Shown in pieces: positions 24,075-34,729 of a DNA stretch of 64,000 nt (the stretch's first letter is position 1; each line of letters begins with the position of its first letter). The translations under genes were made by a program, and so were the position numbers. The stretch is from an uncultured Pelagibacteraceae bacterium (GTDB lineage: Bacteria > Pseudomonadota > Alphaproteobacteria > Pelagibacterales > Pelagibacteraceae): contig CACLLR010000001.1 of NCBI GenBank assembly GCA_902607805.1, positions 15,992-79,991 of the forward strand, written 5' to 3'. Below the pieces are notes generated by a model. The model searched no databases. It saw only the letters and a list, made by a program, of their open reading frames with translations, and had not been told where the DNA came from.

Positions 24075-24953
24075 TTAAAAAAAATTTTCTTTAATAAATT
24101 TTTGAAAGTCTTTAAATTTAAAACTATTTAGTTTTTTATAATTGTAAATTATTTTTAAAAAAATTAACATAAACAAAAAAATTTTATTTTGTTTATTGTC
24201 AATTCTTATTTGGTTTTTTTCATAAAAATGTTCCCAAAAGTCTAAATTACTTGATATACCTCCAGATCTGAAATCTCCAAATATTTCATTCTTTTTTGTA
24301 CTTATGCCTTTAAGTCTATGGTGAACTATCATTCTATAAAAATAATCAAAATCTGATGAATATTTATATTTTAAAGAATATTTACCAACTTTTTCAGCTG
24401 CTTCTTTTTTTATATAAAAACCAGTTGAGTGACTTGAATAAAAAAACCAAGAAAATTTCATTTTCCATGGTTTGTAACCATGTAATATTCCCCAGTGTTT
24501 TTTTACAGATCCAAAAATGAAATCTACCTTAGGATAATTTAAATAGTATTTATATAACGTATCTAAAGCTTGAGGTCTTAATGTATCATCAGAATTAACT
24601 ATACCGATTAATTTGCCAGTTGATAAACTTAAACCTTTGTTTATAGCGTCCCATAATCCTTTATCATTTTGTGATATTGCATAGTCAATTTTGTCAGAAT
24701 ACTTTTTAATTATGTTTAATGTATTGTCTTTAGAGCCACCATCAATAATTATATATTCAAAATTTTTATAAGATTGGTTTAAAACACTTTTTATAGTTTC
24801 TTCTAAAAATTTATCATTATTTTTGACTACAGTTATTATTGTAACTAATGGATTTAATTCTTTATTACTTTTGATTTGAAGAAGTCTTTTTCCTGTTTCA
24901 AATAAAATATCATTTCCTTTAATTCTAAAATTTGAACCAATTAGCTTTTCCAT
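24075..24953 (-). CDS. Glycosyltransferase family 2
   Basis: TIITVVKN, IDGGSKD, DAINKG, VNSDD, DFDYF. Confidence 0.9.
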   Translation of the reverse strand: MEKLIGSNFRIKGNDILFETGKRLLQIKSNKELNPLVTIITVVKNNDKFLEETIKSVLNQSYKNFEYIIIDGGSKDNTLNIIKKYSDKIDYAISQNDKGLWDAINKGLSLSTGKLIGIVNSDDTLRPQALDTLYKYYLNYPKVDFIFGSVKKHWGILHGYKPWKMKFSWFFYSSHSTGFYIKKEAAEKVGKYSLKYKYSSDFDYFYRMIVHHRLKGISTKKNEIFGDFRSGGISSNLDFWEHFYEKNQIRIDNKQNKIFLFMLIFLKIIYNYKKLNSFKFKDFQKFIKENFF

Positions 24954-24961
24954 AATAATAT

Positions 24962-25375
24962 TTATCTATTTTTAATTGCTTTCAAAGCCTGTATTAAAAA
25001 TTTCTTGTTTAAATTACAATCTTTATATCCTTGCTTTATTACATTCAAATATTTTTCAGTTGGATATCTAAAATCTGTTTTTTTTAACATTATATAAGTC
25101 ATCACTTTTTTATTATAATATTTAAAATAAATCTTGTTATAAAGAACAGGAAAATCTTCATATATATCTAATTTTTTTTCATCACTTTTAGAAATTTCAA
25201 ATAGAGCACCTTGTACAAATGAATTTTTGCTAACCTCGATATCAGCTGCTCTGTACTTGCTCCTAAAATTTAATTTATATCCTTTAAGTTCATATTTTTT
25301 CAGAAAAATAGAATCTTTACATCTTCTTTTCATTTGAAAATGGTTAAGATTACTTCCGTATGCAAAATACAACAT
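24962..25375 (-). CDS. Gamma-glutamylcyclotransferase family protein
   Basis: YFAYGSNL, LDIYED. Confidence 0.85.
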   Translation of the reverse strand: MLYFAYGSNLNHFQMKRRCKDSIFLKKYELKGYKLNFRSKYRAADIEVSKNSFVQGALFEISKSDEKKLDIYEDFPVLYNKIYFKYYNKKVMTYIMLKKTDFRYPTEKYLNVIKQGYKDCNLNKKFLIQALKAIKNR

Positions 25376-26127
25376 TAATCTAGTTCGATTATTTCAATAT
25401 CTTTAGCTTTGATGAAAGCTAAAATTTGAGAATTACAATTATCAATTTTATTTTGGTCTACAGATCTTAAGACTATAGACACTCCTAATTTACCTGCCCT
25501 AAAAAAAGGATAACTTCCTATATCAACTTCTTTGTTATTAATTTGCACCTCTGATAAAGGTTTAGCTATTTCACTTTCATAAGTTCTTAAATTTATAGTT
25601 TTGCTTAATATTGGGTCGCCACCTACTAAAACATTGTTTAAACCGCCTAGCATTGATTTTAAAATTGAAGGCACACCAGGAAGGCAAAAAACATTCTCCA
25701 CATAAAAGCCTGGCGCTCCACTTGTTGGATTTAAAATAAGACTAGCTGATGTGGGCATTTTTGCCATTTTTTGTCTTCCTTCATTAAATTCTCCAGGTTT
25801 ATAATATTTTTCTAATATTGAAAAAGCTTCTTTGTGAAATCCATATTCTAAATTAAATGCTTTTGATATTGATTCAGCAGTTATGTCATCGTGCGTTGGT
25901 CCTATTCCTCCGGTGGTAAAAATATAATTATATTTAGATCTTAGCTCATTGACTGTGTTAATAATTAATTTTTCAATGTCTGGAATTACACGCACTTCTT
26001 TAACATCAATACCTAGTGTATTTAGCCATAATGAAAGAGTACTAGTATTTAAATCTTTTGTTCTTCCAGAAAGAACTTCATTTCCAATAATAATTATACC
26101 AGCAATTATTTCTTTTTTATTTTTCAT
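25375..26127 (-). CDS. CinA N-terminal-like molybdopterin-binding protein
   Basis: IIGNEVLSGRTKDLN, TTGGIGPTHDDIT, LPGVP. Confidence 0.88.
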   Translation of the reverse strand: MKNKKEIIAGIIIIGNEVLSGRTKDLNTSTLSLWLNTLGIDVKEVRVIPDIEKLIINTVNELRSKYNYIFTTGGIGPTHDDITAESISKAFNLEYGFHKEAFSILEKYYKPGEFNEGRQKMAKMPTSASLILNPTSGAPGFYVENVFCLPGVPSILKSMLGGLNNVLVGGDPILSKTINLRTYESEIAKPLSEVQINNKEVDIGSYPFFRAGKLGVSIVLRSVDQNKIDNCNSQILAFIKAKDIEIIELD

Positions 26128-26149
26128 TTACAAATATAAATAAATTATA

Positions 26150-26839
26150 ATGAAATTTACCAGTACTTTAATTAAAGGCAAATTAATCAAGAGATATAAA
26201 AGATTTTTTGCAGATATAGAAGTAAATAATAAAAAAATAACTGCCCATTGTCCAAACACTGGATCAATGAATGGTCTTTTAGATAAAGGAAATAAAGTAT
26301 GGATTACAGAAAATAATGATTTAAATCGTAAATTAAAATTTACTTTGGAAATGATAAAAGTTAAAAAAAAGTTTATTGGTGTAAATACCCACAGAGCAAA
26401 TAGTATAGTTCAACATGGATTAGCAAATCAATTAATAAATGAATTTAAAAAAGTTAAAAATATAAAGCGAGAATTTAAATATTCTGATGATACCAGATTT
26501 GATTTTTTATGTGATGACAAAATACTAGAAGTAAAAAATGTTACTTTATTAAGAAATGACGATATAGCCGAATTTCCCGATGCAGTTACTGCAAGAGGTA
26601 CAAAACATTTAATAAAGCTAATTAATTCTATAAAAAAAGGCTATAAACCATACGTCTTATTTTTAACTCAAATACAAGGTATAAATAATTTTAAAATAGC
26701 TAGAGATATCGATTATAATTATTTTAAAAATTATATTGAAGCAAAAAAAGCTGGTGTAATATTTTTAGCATATAGATGCATGTTGAGTGAAAAAGAAATA
26801 AAAATTGAAAAAAAAATAAATATTATTGATGAAAAATAA
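26150..26839 (+). CDS. sfsA: DNA/RNA nuclease SfsA
   Basis: RYKRFFAD, AHCPNTGSM, EVKNVTL, FPDAVTARGTKHL. Confidence 0.95.
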   Translation: MKFTSTLIKGKLIKRYKRFFADIEVNNKKITAHCPNTGSMNGLLDKGNKVWITENNDLNRKLKFTLEMIKVKKKFIGVNTHRANSIVQHGLANQLINEFKKVKNIKREFKYSDDTRFDFLCDDKILEVKNVTLLRNDDIAEFPDAVTARGTKHLIKLINSIKKGYKPYVLFLTQIQGINNFKIARDIDYNYFKNYIEAKKAGVIFLAYRCMLSEKEIKIEKKINIIDEK

Positions 26840-27602
26840 TTATTTAGAAAAATTTGAAAAGATGAGAATTGCTGGAAAACTAGCATCTCAAACTTTAGAT
26901 ATGCTCACAGATTTTATTAAACCTGGAATTTCTACTAATGAAATTGATAAAATTGGTTACGAATTTATAAGAGATAATGGTGGATACTCCGCTCCTTTAT
27001 ATTATAGAGGTTATAAAAAATCTCTATGCACATCCTTAAATCATGTTGTCTGTCATGGTATTCCTTCAGAAAGAACATTAAACGAAGGTGATGCTCTAAA
27101 CGTTGATGTAACTGCTATAATTAATGATTACTATGGTGACACAAGTCGTATGTTTGAAATTGGAAAAGTTTCAGTTAAAACTAAAAATTTAATTAATGCT
27201 ACATATGAATCTATGATTAAAGGTATACAAATATTAAAACCTGGAATAAAACTTGGTGATATAGGTTATGAAATTCAATCATATGTTGAAGAAAAAGGTT
27301 TTTCAGTTGTAAGAGATTTTTGTGGCCATGGAATAAGCAACACATTTCATGAACCTCCCAATATTTTACATTATGGAAAAAAAAATACTGGTCAAGAATT
27401 AATCCCTGGGATGACTTTTACTATTGAACCTATGATAAATTTTGGAAAATATAACGTAAAAGTACTTAATGATGGATGGACCGCTGTAACTAGAGATAAA
27501 TCTTTATCAGCTCAATTTGAACATACTATTGGAATTACTGAAAATGGTTATGAAATATTTACAGAATCTGATAAAGGTTATACAAAGCCTCCTTATAATT
27601 AA
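26829..27602 (+). CDS. map: Methionine aminopeptidase type I
   Basis: CHGIPS, DVT, GDTSRM, GHGI..FHE, TIEPM, AQFEHT. Confidence 0.97.
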   Translation: MKNNYLEKFEKMRIAGKLASQTLDMLTDFIKPGISTNEIDKIGYEFIRDNGGYSAPLYYRGYKKSLCTSLNHVVCHGIPSERTLNEGDALNVDVTAIINDYYGDTSRMFEIGKVSVKTKNLINATYESMIKGIQILKPGIKLGDIGYEIQSYVEEKGFSVVRDFCGHGISNTFHEPPNILHYGKKNTGQELIPGMTFTIEPMINFGKYNVKVLNDGWTAVTRDKSLSAQFEHTIGITENGYEIFTESDKGYTKPPYN

Positions 27603-28894
27603 TGATATCAAGATACTCTAGAAAAGAACTTACAAAAATTTGGTCTGATGAAAACAAATATAAAATTTGGCTTGATGTAGAAATTGCTGCAGCTCAAGCA
27701 ATGGAAAAATATAAAATCATTCCTAAAGGCGTCTCTAATGTAGTTAAAAAAAAAGGTAGAATAAATGTAAAAAGAATTAATCAAATTGAGTCTAGGGTAA
27801 AACATGATGTAATTGCTTTTTTAACATCAATTACAGAAAAAGCAGGTATCAATGCTAGATATTTACATCAAGGAATGACCTCATCAGATGTTTTAGATAC
27901 AAGTTTCAATATTCAATTAGTACAATCTGGAAAAATTTTATTAAATGATATTGATAAAATTTTATCTGTATTGAAAAGAAAAGCATTTAAATACAAATTA
28001 ACCCCTTGCATTGGAAGAAGTCATGGAATTCACGCAGAACCAATAACTTTTGGTTTAAAATTGTGCTCTTATTACGAAGAGTTTAAAAGAAATAGAAGAC
28101 GATTACAAAGCGCAATTTATGAAGTCTCAACTTGTGCAATTTCTGGAGCTGTTGGAACATACGCAAATATCGATCCGAGAGTTGAAATATTTGTTTCAAA
28201 AAAATTAAAACTAAGACCAGAACCAATTTCAACTCAAGTTATTCCTAGAGATAGACATGCATATTATTTTTCAATTTTAGGTATTATTGCCGGTTCTATT
28301 GAAAGAATTGCTACAGAAATAAGGCATTTACAAAGATCAGAAATATATGAGTTACAAGAATTTTTTTCTAAAGATCAAAAAGGATCTTCTGCAATGCCTC
28401 ATAAAAAAAATCCAATATTAAGTGAAAATTTAACAGGACTTTCTAGAATAGTTAGAAGCCATGTAACACCTGCCCTAGAAAATATTGCATTATGGCATGA
28501 AAGAGATATTTCACATTCTAGTGTAGAAAGAAATATAGGACCCGATTCAAATATAACATTGGACTTTGCACTTACTAGATTAGCTAATCTTTTAGACAAT
28601 ATGATTGTTTATCCAAAAAAAATGATATCCAATTTAAACTTAACAAAAGGATTAATATTTTCTCAAGAAATAATGTTGGAACTAACTAAGGCTGGCTTTT
28701 CAAGAGAACGGGCATATAAAATAATACAAAAACATGCAAAGGAAAGTTATTCAAAAAAAATTGATTTAATAAATTTAATTAAAAAAGATAAAACCATAAC
28801 TAATAAAATTTCAGATTCAAAAATAAATAATATATTTAAATTCTCTAAACATTTAAAAAATATTAATTATATTTTTAGAAGAGTTTTTAAATAA
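27602..28894 (+). CDS. purB: Adenylosuccinate lyase
   Basis: MISRYSR, GSSAMPHKKNP, HERDISHSS. Confidence 0.97.
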   Translation: MISRYSRKELTKIWSDENKYKIWLDVEIAAAQAMEKYKIIPKGVSNVVKKKGRINVKRINQIESRVKHDVIAFLTSITEKAGINARYLHQGMTSSDVLDTSFNIQLVQSGKILLNDIDKILSVLKRKAFKYKLTPCIGRSHGIHAEPITFGLKLCSYYEEFKRNRRRLQSAIYEVSTCAISGAVGTYANIDPRVEIFVSKKLKLRPEPISTQVIPRDRHAYYFSILGIIAGSIERIATEIRHLQRSEIYELQEFFSKDQKGSSAMPHKKNPILSENLTGLSRIVRSHVTPALENIALWHERDISHSSVERNIGPDSNITLDFALTRLANLLDNMIVYPKKMISNLNLTKGLIFSQEIMLELTKAGFSRERAYKIIQKHAKESYSKKIDLINLIKKDKTITNKISDSKINNIFKFSKHLKNINYIFRRVFK

Positions 28895-29670
28895 TGAAAA
28901 AAGGAAAAAAATTATATGAAGGTAAAGCAAAAATTATTTATGCCTCTGCAGAAAAAAATTTAGTAATACAGCATTTTAAGGACGATGCCACAGCTTTTAA
29001 TAATCAAAAAAAATCAGTGATTGAAGGTAAAGGAATTTTAAATAATAGAATTTCAGAACATATACTTACTTACTTGGGACAAGTGGGAATCAAAAATCAT
29101 TTAATTAAACGTATTAATATGAGAGAACAATTAATTAAATATGTAAATATTATTCCCATTGAATTTATTGTTAGAAATATTGCAACTGGTTCATTAACAA
29201 AAAGGTTGGGTATTGAAGAAGGTACAACTTTAGAAAAACCATTATTAGAATATTGTTTTAAAAATGACAAATTGGGTGATCCATTAATAAGTAGAGAACA
29301 TATAATAACTTTTAACTGGTTAAATTTAATGGAATTAGAATGGATAAATGAACAATGTAGAAGGATAAATGATCTTTTACAAGGTATGTTTAGAAGTGTT
29401 GGAATTAAATTAGTTGATTTTAAAATCGAGTTTGGAAAAACAAAAGATGAAAATAAAATAATTTTAGCTGATGAAATAAGTCCTGACACCTGTAGACTTT
29501 GGGATATAAATACAGAAAAAAAATTAGATAAAGACAGATTTAGGAAAAATCTAGGCAATCTAATTGAGGCATATCAAGATGTGGCAAGAAGACTTGGTAT
29601 TCTTCATGAACATTCAAATATAAAACCTTTAAAGTTTCCTAAACCAAAGGCTGTTAAGTTAAAAAAATAA
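28894..29670 (+). CDS. purC: SAICAR synthase
   Basis: LYEGKAK, LVDFKIEFG, ADEISPDTCRLWD. Confidence 0.97.
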   Translation: MKKGKKLYEGKAKIIYASAEKNLVIQHFKDDATAFNNQKKSVIEGKGILNNRISEHILTYLGQVGIKNHLIKRINMREQLIKYVNIIPIEFIVRNIATGSLTKRLGIEEGTTLEKPLLEYCFKNDKLGDPLISREHIITFNWLNLMELEWINEQCRRINDLLQGMFRSVGIKLVDFKIEFGKTKDENKIILADEISPDTCRLWDINTEKKLDKDRFRKNLGNLIEAYQDVARRLGILHEHSNIKPLKFPKPKAVKLKK

Positions 29671-29904
29671 ATGAAGATAAAAGTTATAGTTACTCTAAAA
29701 AACGGAGTTTTAGATCCTCAGGGTAAAGCAATACAACAAACTTTGAATGGCATGGGGTTTGCAAATGTTGAAAATGTTAGGCAAGGTAAATTTTTTGATA
29801 TCAATATAAATGAAAAAGACGAAACTAAAGCTAAGTCAAAAGTTGAAGAAATGTGCAAAAAATTACTTGCAAATCTAGTAATAGAGGATTTTAAAATTTT
29901 ATAA
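29671..29904 (+). CDS. purS: FGAM synthase subunit PurS
   Basis: VLDPQG, VRQGK, LLANLVIE. Confidence 0.96.
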   Translation: MKIKVIVTLKNGVLDPQGKAIQQTLNGMGFANVENVRQGKFFDININEKDETKAKSKVEEMCKKLLANLVIEDFKIL

Positions 29905-29910
29905 TTCAGA

Positions 29911-30597
29911 ATGAAATCATCAGTAATAATCTTTCCAGGATCTAATTGTGATCGAGATATGGATGTGGCGCTGAAAAAATTTGGCTTTCAAAATAAAATG
30001 GTTTGGCACAATGATGATAAACTTCCAAATAGCGACCTAATAGTTTTACCTGGTGGCTTTTCATATGGTGACTATTTAAGATGTGGAAGTATAGCTGGCA
30101 AAAGTAAAATTATAAAGTCTGTAATTGAGTTTGCTAAATCAGGTGGTTTAGTTTTAGGTATTTGCAATGGATTTCAAATATTAACTGAAACAGGACTTTT
30201 GCCTGGAGTTCTTCAACAAAATAAAAATATTGATTTTATTTGTAAAAATGTATTCATAAAAATTAATAATAAAGATAACAAATATTTTAAAAATATAGAA
30301 AAAGATATTCTTGAACTACACATTGCTCATAACGAAGGAAATTATTTTTGTTCAAACGATGAGCTAAAAAATCTAGAGGATAATAATCAAATAGCTGCAT
30401 CCTATTGTAATGAAAAAGGAGATTGTAATGAAAAAATAAATCCAAATGGAGCAATAAAAAATATAGCTGGTATTTTTAACAAAGAAAAAAATATTTTAGG
30501 AATGATGCCTCACCCTGAAAGAATGATCGACAAGTATCTTTCAGGTGAAGATGGAACTATATTTTTTAAAAATTTAATAAGTAATTTAAAATCATGA
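29911..30597 (+). CDS. purQ: FGAM synthase subunit PurQ
   Basis: FPGSNCD, PGGFSYGDYLR, GICNGFQ, MPHPER. Confidence 0.97.
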   Translation: MKSSVIIFPGSNCDRDMDVALKKFGFQNKMVWHNDDKLPNSDLIVLPGGFSYGDYLRCGSIAGKSKIIKSVIEFAKSGGLVLGICNGFQILTETGLLPGVLQQNKNIDFICKNVFIKINNKDNKYFKNIEKDILELHIAHNEGNYFCSNDELKNLEDNNQIAASYCNEKGDCNEKINPNGAIKNIAGIFNKEKNILGMMPHPERMIDKYLSGEDGTIFFKNLISNLKS

Positions 30598-32786
30598 AAG
30601 TAAACGAAAAAGTTGCAATTGATCATGGATTAAAAAAAGATGAATTCAAAAAAATATGTGTTTTATTAAAAAGAGTTCCAAATATAACTGAACTTGCTAT
30701 CTTTTCTGCAATGTGGAATGAACACTGCTCGTACAAATCTTCAAGAAAACATCTTAAAAATTTACATACTAAAGGAAAAAAAGTAATTCAAGGACCTGGG
30801 GAAAACGCTGGAATTATAGATATTGATGATGGCGATGCAATTGTTTTTAAAATTGAAAGTCATAACCATCCTTCATTTATTGAACCTTATCAGGGTGCAG
30901 CTACAGGTGTAGGTGGTATTATGAGAGATGTTTTTACAATGGGTGCGAGACCCATAGCCAATTTAAACTCTATACACTTTGGTTCTCCTCAACATAAAAA
31001 AACAAAAAATTTATTACGTGGTGTTGTAAAAGGTATAGGGGGTTATGGAAATTGTATAGGAGTACCTACCATAGCTGGTCAAACTTGTTTTGATGAGTCT
31101 TATAATGGAAATATTTTGGTTAATGCAATGACTCTTGGATTAGTTAATAAAAATAAAATATTCTATTCTAAAGCTGCTGGTATTGATAAACCAGTAATAT
31201 ATGTTGGTTCTAAAACTGGAAGAGATGGAATTCATGGTGCCAGTATGGCTTCTGCTGTTTTTGATGATCAAATAGAAGAAAAAAAACCTACCGTTCAAGT
31301 TGGAGATCCTTTTACTGAAAAACTTTTATTAGAAGCGTGTCTTGAATTAATGGCTGATGATTCAATTATATCCATTCAAGATATGGGTGCAGCTGGATTA
31401 ACTTCATCAAGTGTTGAAATGGCTTCTAAAGGTAAATTGGGAATTGAACTTAATTTAAATAAAGTTCCTTGTAGAGAAGAAAATATGACCCCGTATGAAA
31501 TAATGTTGTCAGAAAGTCAAGAAAGAATGCTTATAATTTTAAATAATGGAAAAGAAAAAAAAGCTAAAAAAATTTTTGATAAATGGGGTTTAGATTTTTC
31601 AGTAATTGGCAAAACCACTAACTCAAAAAATATTGAAATTTTTTATGATGAAAAAAAATTTGCAGATATACCTATAGATTTATTAGCAGAAAATGCACCG
31701 TTATATGATAGAAAATGGAAAAAAATAAAACTTCCACAAAAATTAAAATTTAATAAAGATGAATTTAAATCTCTTAACTTAGATGATTGTTTAAAAAAAA
31801 TATTATCTAATCAAAATGTTTGTGACAAGCAATGGATTTGGGAACAATATGATCACACTGTAATGGGAGACACAATTCAAAAACCTGGTGGAGATGCTGG
31901 TGTAGTAAGAGTTCATGGAACAGAAAAAGCTGTAGCAGCAAGCGTAGATTCGTCTTCATCATATTGCTATTCACATCCTTTAACAGGAGGCAAACAAGTT
32001 GTTTGTGAAAGTTGGCGAAATTTAATTTCAGTTGGATCAGAGCCAATTGCTATAACAAATTGTTTAAATTTTGGAAATCCTGAAAATGAAAAAAACATGG
32101 GTGAATTTATTCAATGCGTTGAAGGTATTACTGAGGCATCTAAATATTTAAATTTCCCTGTAGTTTCTGGAAATGTTTCTTTTTATAATGAAACCAAAAA
32201 TAAGGGAATTAAGCCAACACCAACTATTGGAGGAGTGGGTTTAATAAAAAATTATAAAAATATGATAACTATGGATTTAAAAAAAGCAGGAAATAATGTT
32301 TTAGTTATAGGCAAAACTGAAGGTCATTTAGACCAAAGTATTTTTGCAAAAGAAATTTTGAATGAAAAAAAAGGACCACCACCTGAAATTAATTTATTTA
32401 ATGAAAAAAATAATGGCGAAACTATTTTAAAATTAATTAAAGAAAAATTAATTGAATCTTGTCACGATGTTTCATTGGGAGGTATTTTAATAGCTTTATC
32501 TAAAATGTGTATAAAAGGAAAAAAAGGTATTAAAATTAACCCTTTAAAAAGCTTGATAAATAAATTTGAATATTTTTTTAGTGAAGACCAAGGACGTTAT
32601 ATAATAGAAGTAAATAATGATAATATCAAAAATGTTTATAAAATATTAAAAGATAATTCTGTGCATTTTGACGAATTAGGTATTGTTAATGATAATTTAG
32701 TAGAATTTGATGAAGAATTGAATTTATCAGTTGAAATTTTAAATGAAGAAAATAAAACTTGGTTAAATAATTACATGAAAAATTAA
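30594..32786 (+). CDS. purL: FGAM synthase subunit PurL
   Basis: WNEHCSYKSS, KIESHNHPS, QDMGAAGL, SESQERM. Confidence 0.97.
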   Translation: MKVNEKVAIDHGLKKDEFKKICVLLKRVPNITELAIFSAMWNEHCSYKSSRKHLKNLHTKGKKVIQGPGENAGIIDIDDGDAIVFKIESHNHPSFIEPYQGAATGVGGIMRDVFTMGARPIANLNSIHFGSPQHKKTKNLLRGVVKGIGGYGNCIGVPTIAGQTCFDESYNGNILVNAMTLGLVNKNKIFYSKAAGIDKPVIYVGSKTGRDGIHGASMASAVFDDQIEEKKPTVQVGDPFTEKLLLEACLELMADDSIISIQDMGAAGLTSSSVEMASKGKLGIELNLNKVPCREENMTPYEIMLSESQERMLIILNNGKEKKAKKIFDKWGLDFSVIGKTTNSKNIEIFYDEKKFADIPIDLLAENAPLYDRKWKKIKLPQKLKFNKDEFKSLNLDDCLKKILSNQNVCDKQWIWEQYDHTVMGDTIQKPGGDAGVVRVHGTEKAVAASVDSSSSYCYSHPLTGGKQVVCESWRNLISVGSEPIAITNCLNFGNPENEKNMGEFIQCVEGITEASKYLNFPVVSGNVSFYNETKNKGIKPTPTIGGVGLIKNYKNMITMDLKKAGNNVLVIGKTEGHLDQSIFAKEILNEKKGPPPEINLFNEKNNGETILKLIKEKLIESCHDVSLGGILIALSKMCIKGKKGIKINPLKSLINKFEYFFSEDQGRYIIEVNNDNIKNVYKILKDNSVHFDELGIVNDNLVEFDEELNLSVEILNEENKTWLNNYMKN

Positions 32787-32787
32787 A

Positions 32788-33033
32788 ATGGCAATGGATT
32801 TAAAACAAATTGAAAGTTTAATAAAAGAAGCTCTTCCAGATGCAATAGTAGAAATACAAGATTTAGCTGGTGATGGAAATCATTATTCTGCTATGGTCAT
32901 ATCGTCTCAATTTTCAGGTAAGACTAAAATTGAACAACATAAAATGGTATATAATTCTTTGAAGGGTAAAATGGGAAATGAATTGCATGCTTTGGCAATA
33001 AAAACAAAGGAGAAGAATGGATCAACAAATTAA
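32788..33033 (+). CDS. bolA: BolA family protein
   Basis: GDGNHY, QHKMVY, LHALAIKT; adjacent to grxD. Confidence 0.9.
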   Translation: MAMDLKQIESLIKEALPDAIVEIQDLAGDGNHYSAMVISSQFSGKTKIEQHKMVYNSLKGKMGNELHALAIKTKEKNGSTN

Positions 33034-33355
33034 AGATTTAATTACTAATGAAATTAATAAAAATGAAGTTTGTTTATTTATGAAAGGTACACCAGAAGCT
33101 CCTCAGTGTGGTTTTTCTATGGCTGTTTCCAATATTTTAAAAATTTTAGAAGTTAATTTTAAAGGTGTAAATGTTTTAGAAAATCAAAATTTAAGAGAAG
33201 GTATTAAAGAATATAGTGATTGGCCAACAATACCTCAGCTTTATATTAAAAATGAGTTTGTTGGAGGATGTGATATTATTAAAGAAATGTTTGAAAATGG
33301 TGAACTTACAAAGCACCTTGAAACTAAAAATATAAATTTTAAAAAAAAAGATTAA
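33017..33355 (+). CDS. grxD: Monothiol glutaredoxin Grx4
   Basis: MKGTPEAPQCGFS, WPTIPQLY, GGCD. Confidence 0.95.
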   Translation: MDQQIKDLITNEINKNEVCLFMKGTPEAPQCGFSMAVSNILKILEVNFKGVNVLENQNLREGIKEYSDWPTIPQLYIKNEFVGGCDIIKEMFENGELTKHLETKNINFKKKD

Positions 33356-33973
33356 CTACCTAGAGTAATATTCAATAACTAAATTTGGCTCCATAACTAC
33401 TGGATAAGGAACTTCTTCAAACTTAGGTATTCTTACGAATTTAACTTTTTTATTTTTTTCATCAACTTGTATATATTCAGGAACTTCTCTTTCTTTACTG
33501 GCTAAAGCTATATCAATCATAGCCAACTGCTTTGATTTGTCTTTTATTTCCACTGTATCATCTTCTTTAACTTGAAAACTTGAAACATTAACTTTTTTAC
33601 CATTTACTCTAACATGGCCATGATTAATTAACTGCCTTGAAGAAAAAATTGTATTTGAAAGTTTAGATCTATATATAACAGCATCAAGTCTTCTTTCTAA
33701 AAGTCCAATTAAATTTTCAGCAGAGTCACCTTTTTTCATAATTGCTTTTTTATACATATTCCTAAATTGTCTTTCGTTCATATTTCCATAATAAGATTTA
33801 AGCTTTTGTTTAGCTTGAAGTTGAATGCCATAATCAGAGGGTTTAGAAGACTTAGTTTGTCCATGTTGTCCTGGTGGATAAGCTCTAGTATTAAATGGAC
33901 TCTTTGGTCTTCCCCATAAATTTACACGTAACCTTCTATCTACTTTGTGTTTAGAATTTAATCTTTTTGTCAT
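33356..33973 (-). CDS. rpsD: 30S ribosomal protein S4
   Basis: PPGQHG, SDYGIQLQAKQKLK, LERRLDAV, IEYYSR. Confidence 0.98.
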   Translation of the reverse strand: MTKRLNSKHKVDRRLRVNLWGRPKSPFNTRAYPPGQHGQTKSSKPSDYGIQLQAKQKLKSYYGNMNERQFRNMYKKAIMKKGDSAENLIGLLERRLDAVIYRSKLSNTIFSSRQLINHGHVRVNGKKVNVSSFQVKEDDTVEIKDKSKQLAMIDIALASKEREVPEYIQVDEKNKKVKFVRIPKFEEVPYPVVMEPNLVIEYYSR

Positions 33974-33985
33974 TTGATATTTGGC

Positions 33986-34013
33986 TTTATAAACTTACAC
34001 ATATTTTTGTCAA
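33986..34013 (-). promoter_or_regulatory. Putative sigma70 promoter of rpsD
   Basis: TTGACA-N16-TATAAA on minus strand 12 nt before ATG, overlapping the upstream gene's stop. Confidence 0.45.
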
Positions 34014-34729
34014 TCAAGCTTTTTTTTATATAAACTAGCAAATACACTTGATAAAATGCGAATTTCTTTTTCTGAAAGATCCATTCTATAAAAAATATTT
34101 CTAAAATTCTCGAGCATAATGGGTTTTTTTTCCTTTGGTCTAAAAAAATCAAGGTTTTCTAAATTTTTTATACACAAATTAACCATTGATTGAATTTCTT
34201 TTTTTGTTGCAGATTTTATTTTTTTTGACTTATTGTAAAATTGCTTTTTAGAATTAATAAAATTAAAAACTATTTGTGCAACAATAATTAAACTGTGTGA
34301 GAGATTTAATGATTTAAAATTTGAATTTGTAGGTATTTGCATAGTACAATTAGCATAACTAATTTCATTATTAGACAATCCAGAAGCTTCGGATCCAAAC
34401 AAAAAACCTATTTTTTTTTTATAATCAATTTTTTTTAAATCTTTTAATTGAATATGTTTTATATTTTTATTTCGAAATCTTGAAGATGTAGCAATTAAAT
34501 AATCTATATTTTTTACAGCAGGTTCTAAACTTTTAAAAACTTTACTTTTTTTTATTATGTCTTTTGCCCCTACTGAAGTTGCTACTATTTTATCATTTGG
34601 AAATATAGGTTTTGGATCTATTAAAATTAAATTATTAAAATTAAAATTTTTTAATCCTCTTGCGCAGGCACCAATATTTTCAGATAATTGTGGTTTATGA
34701 AGTATAAATGTAATATTTGAAAATGACAT
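34010..34729 (-). CDS. trmJ: tRNA (C32/U32) 2'-O-methyltransferase TrmJ/LasT family
   Basis: PQLSENIGACARG, FGSEASGLSN, SLNLSHS. Confidence 0.85.
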   Translation of the reverse strand: MSFSNITFILHKPQLSENIGACARGLKNFNFNNLILIDPKPIFPNDKIVATSVGAKDIIKKSKVFKSLEPAVKNIDYLIATSSRFRNKNIKHIQLKDLKKIDYKKKIGFLFGSEASGLSNNEISYANCTMQIPTNSNFKSLNLSHSLIIVAQIVFNFINSKKQFYNKSKKIKSATKKEIQSMVNLCIKNLENLDFFRPKEKKPIMLENFRNIFYRMDLSEKEIRILSSVFASLYKKKLD

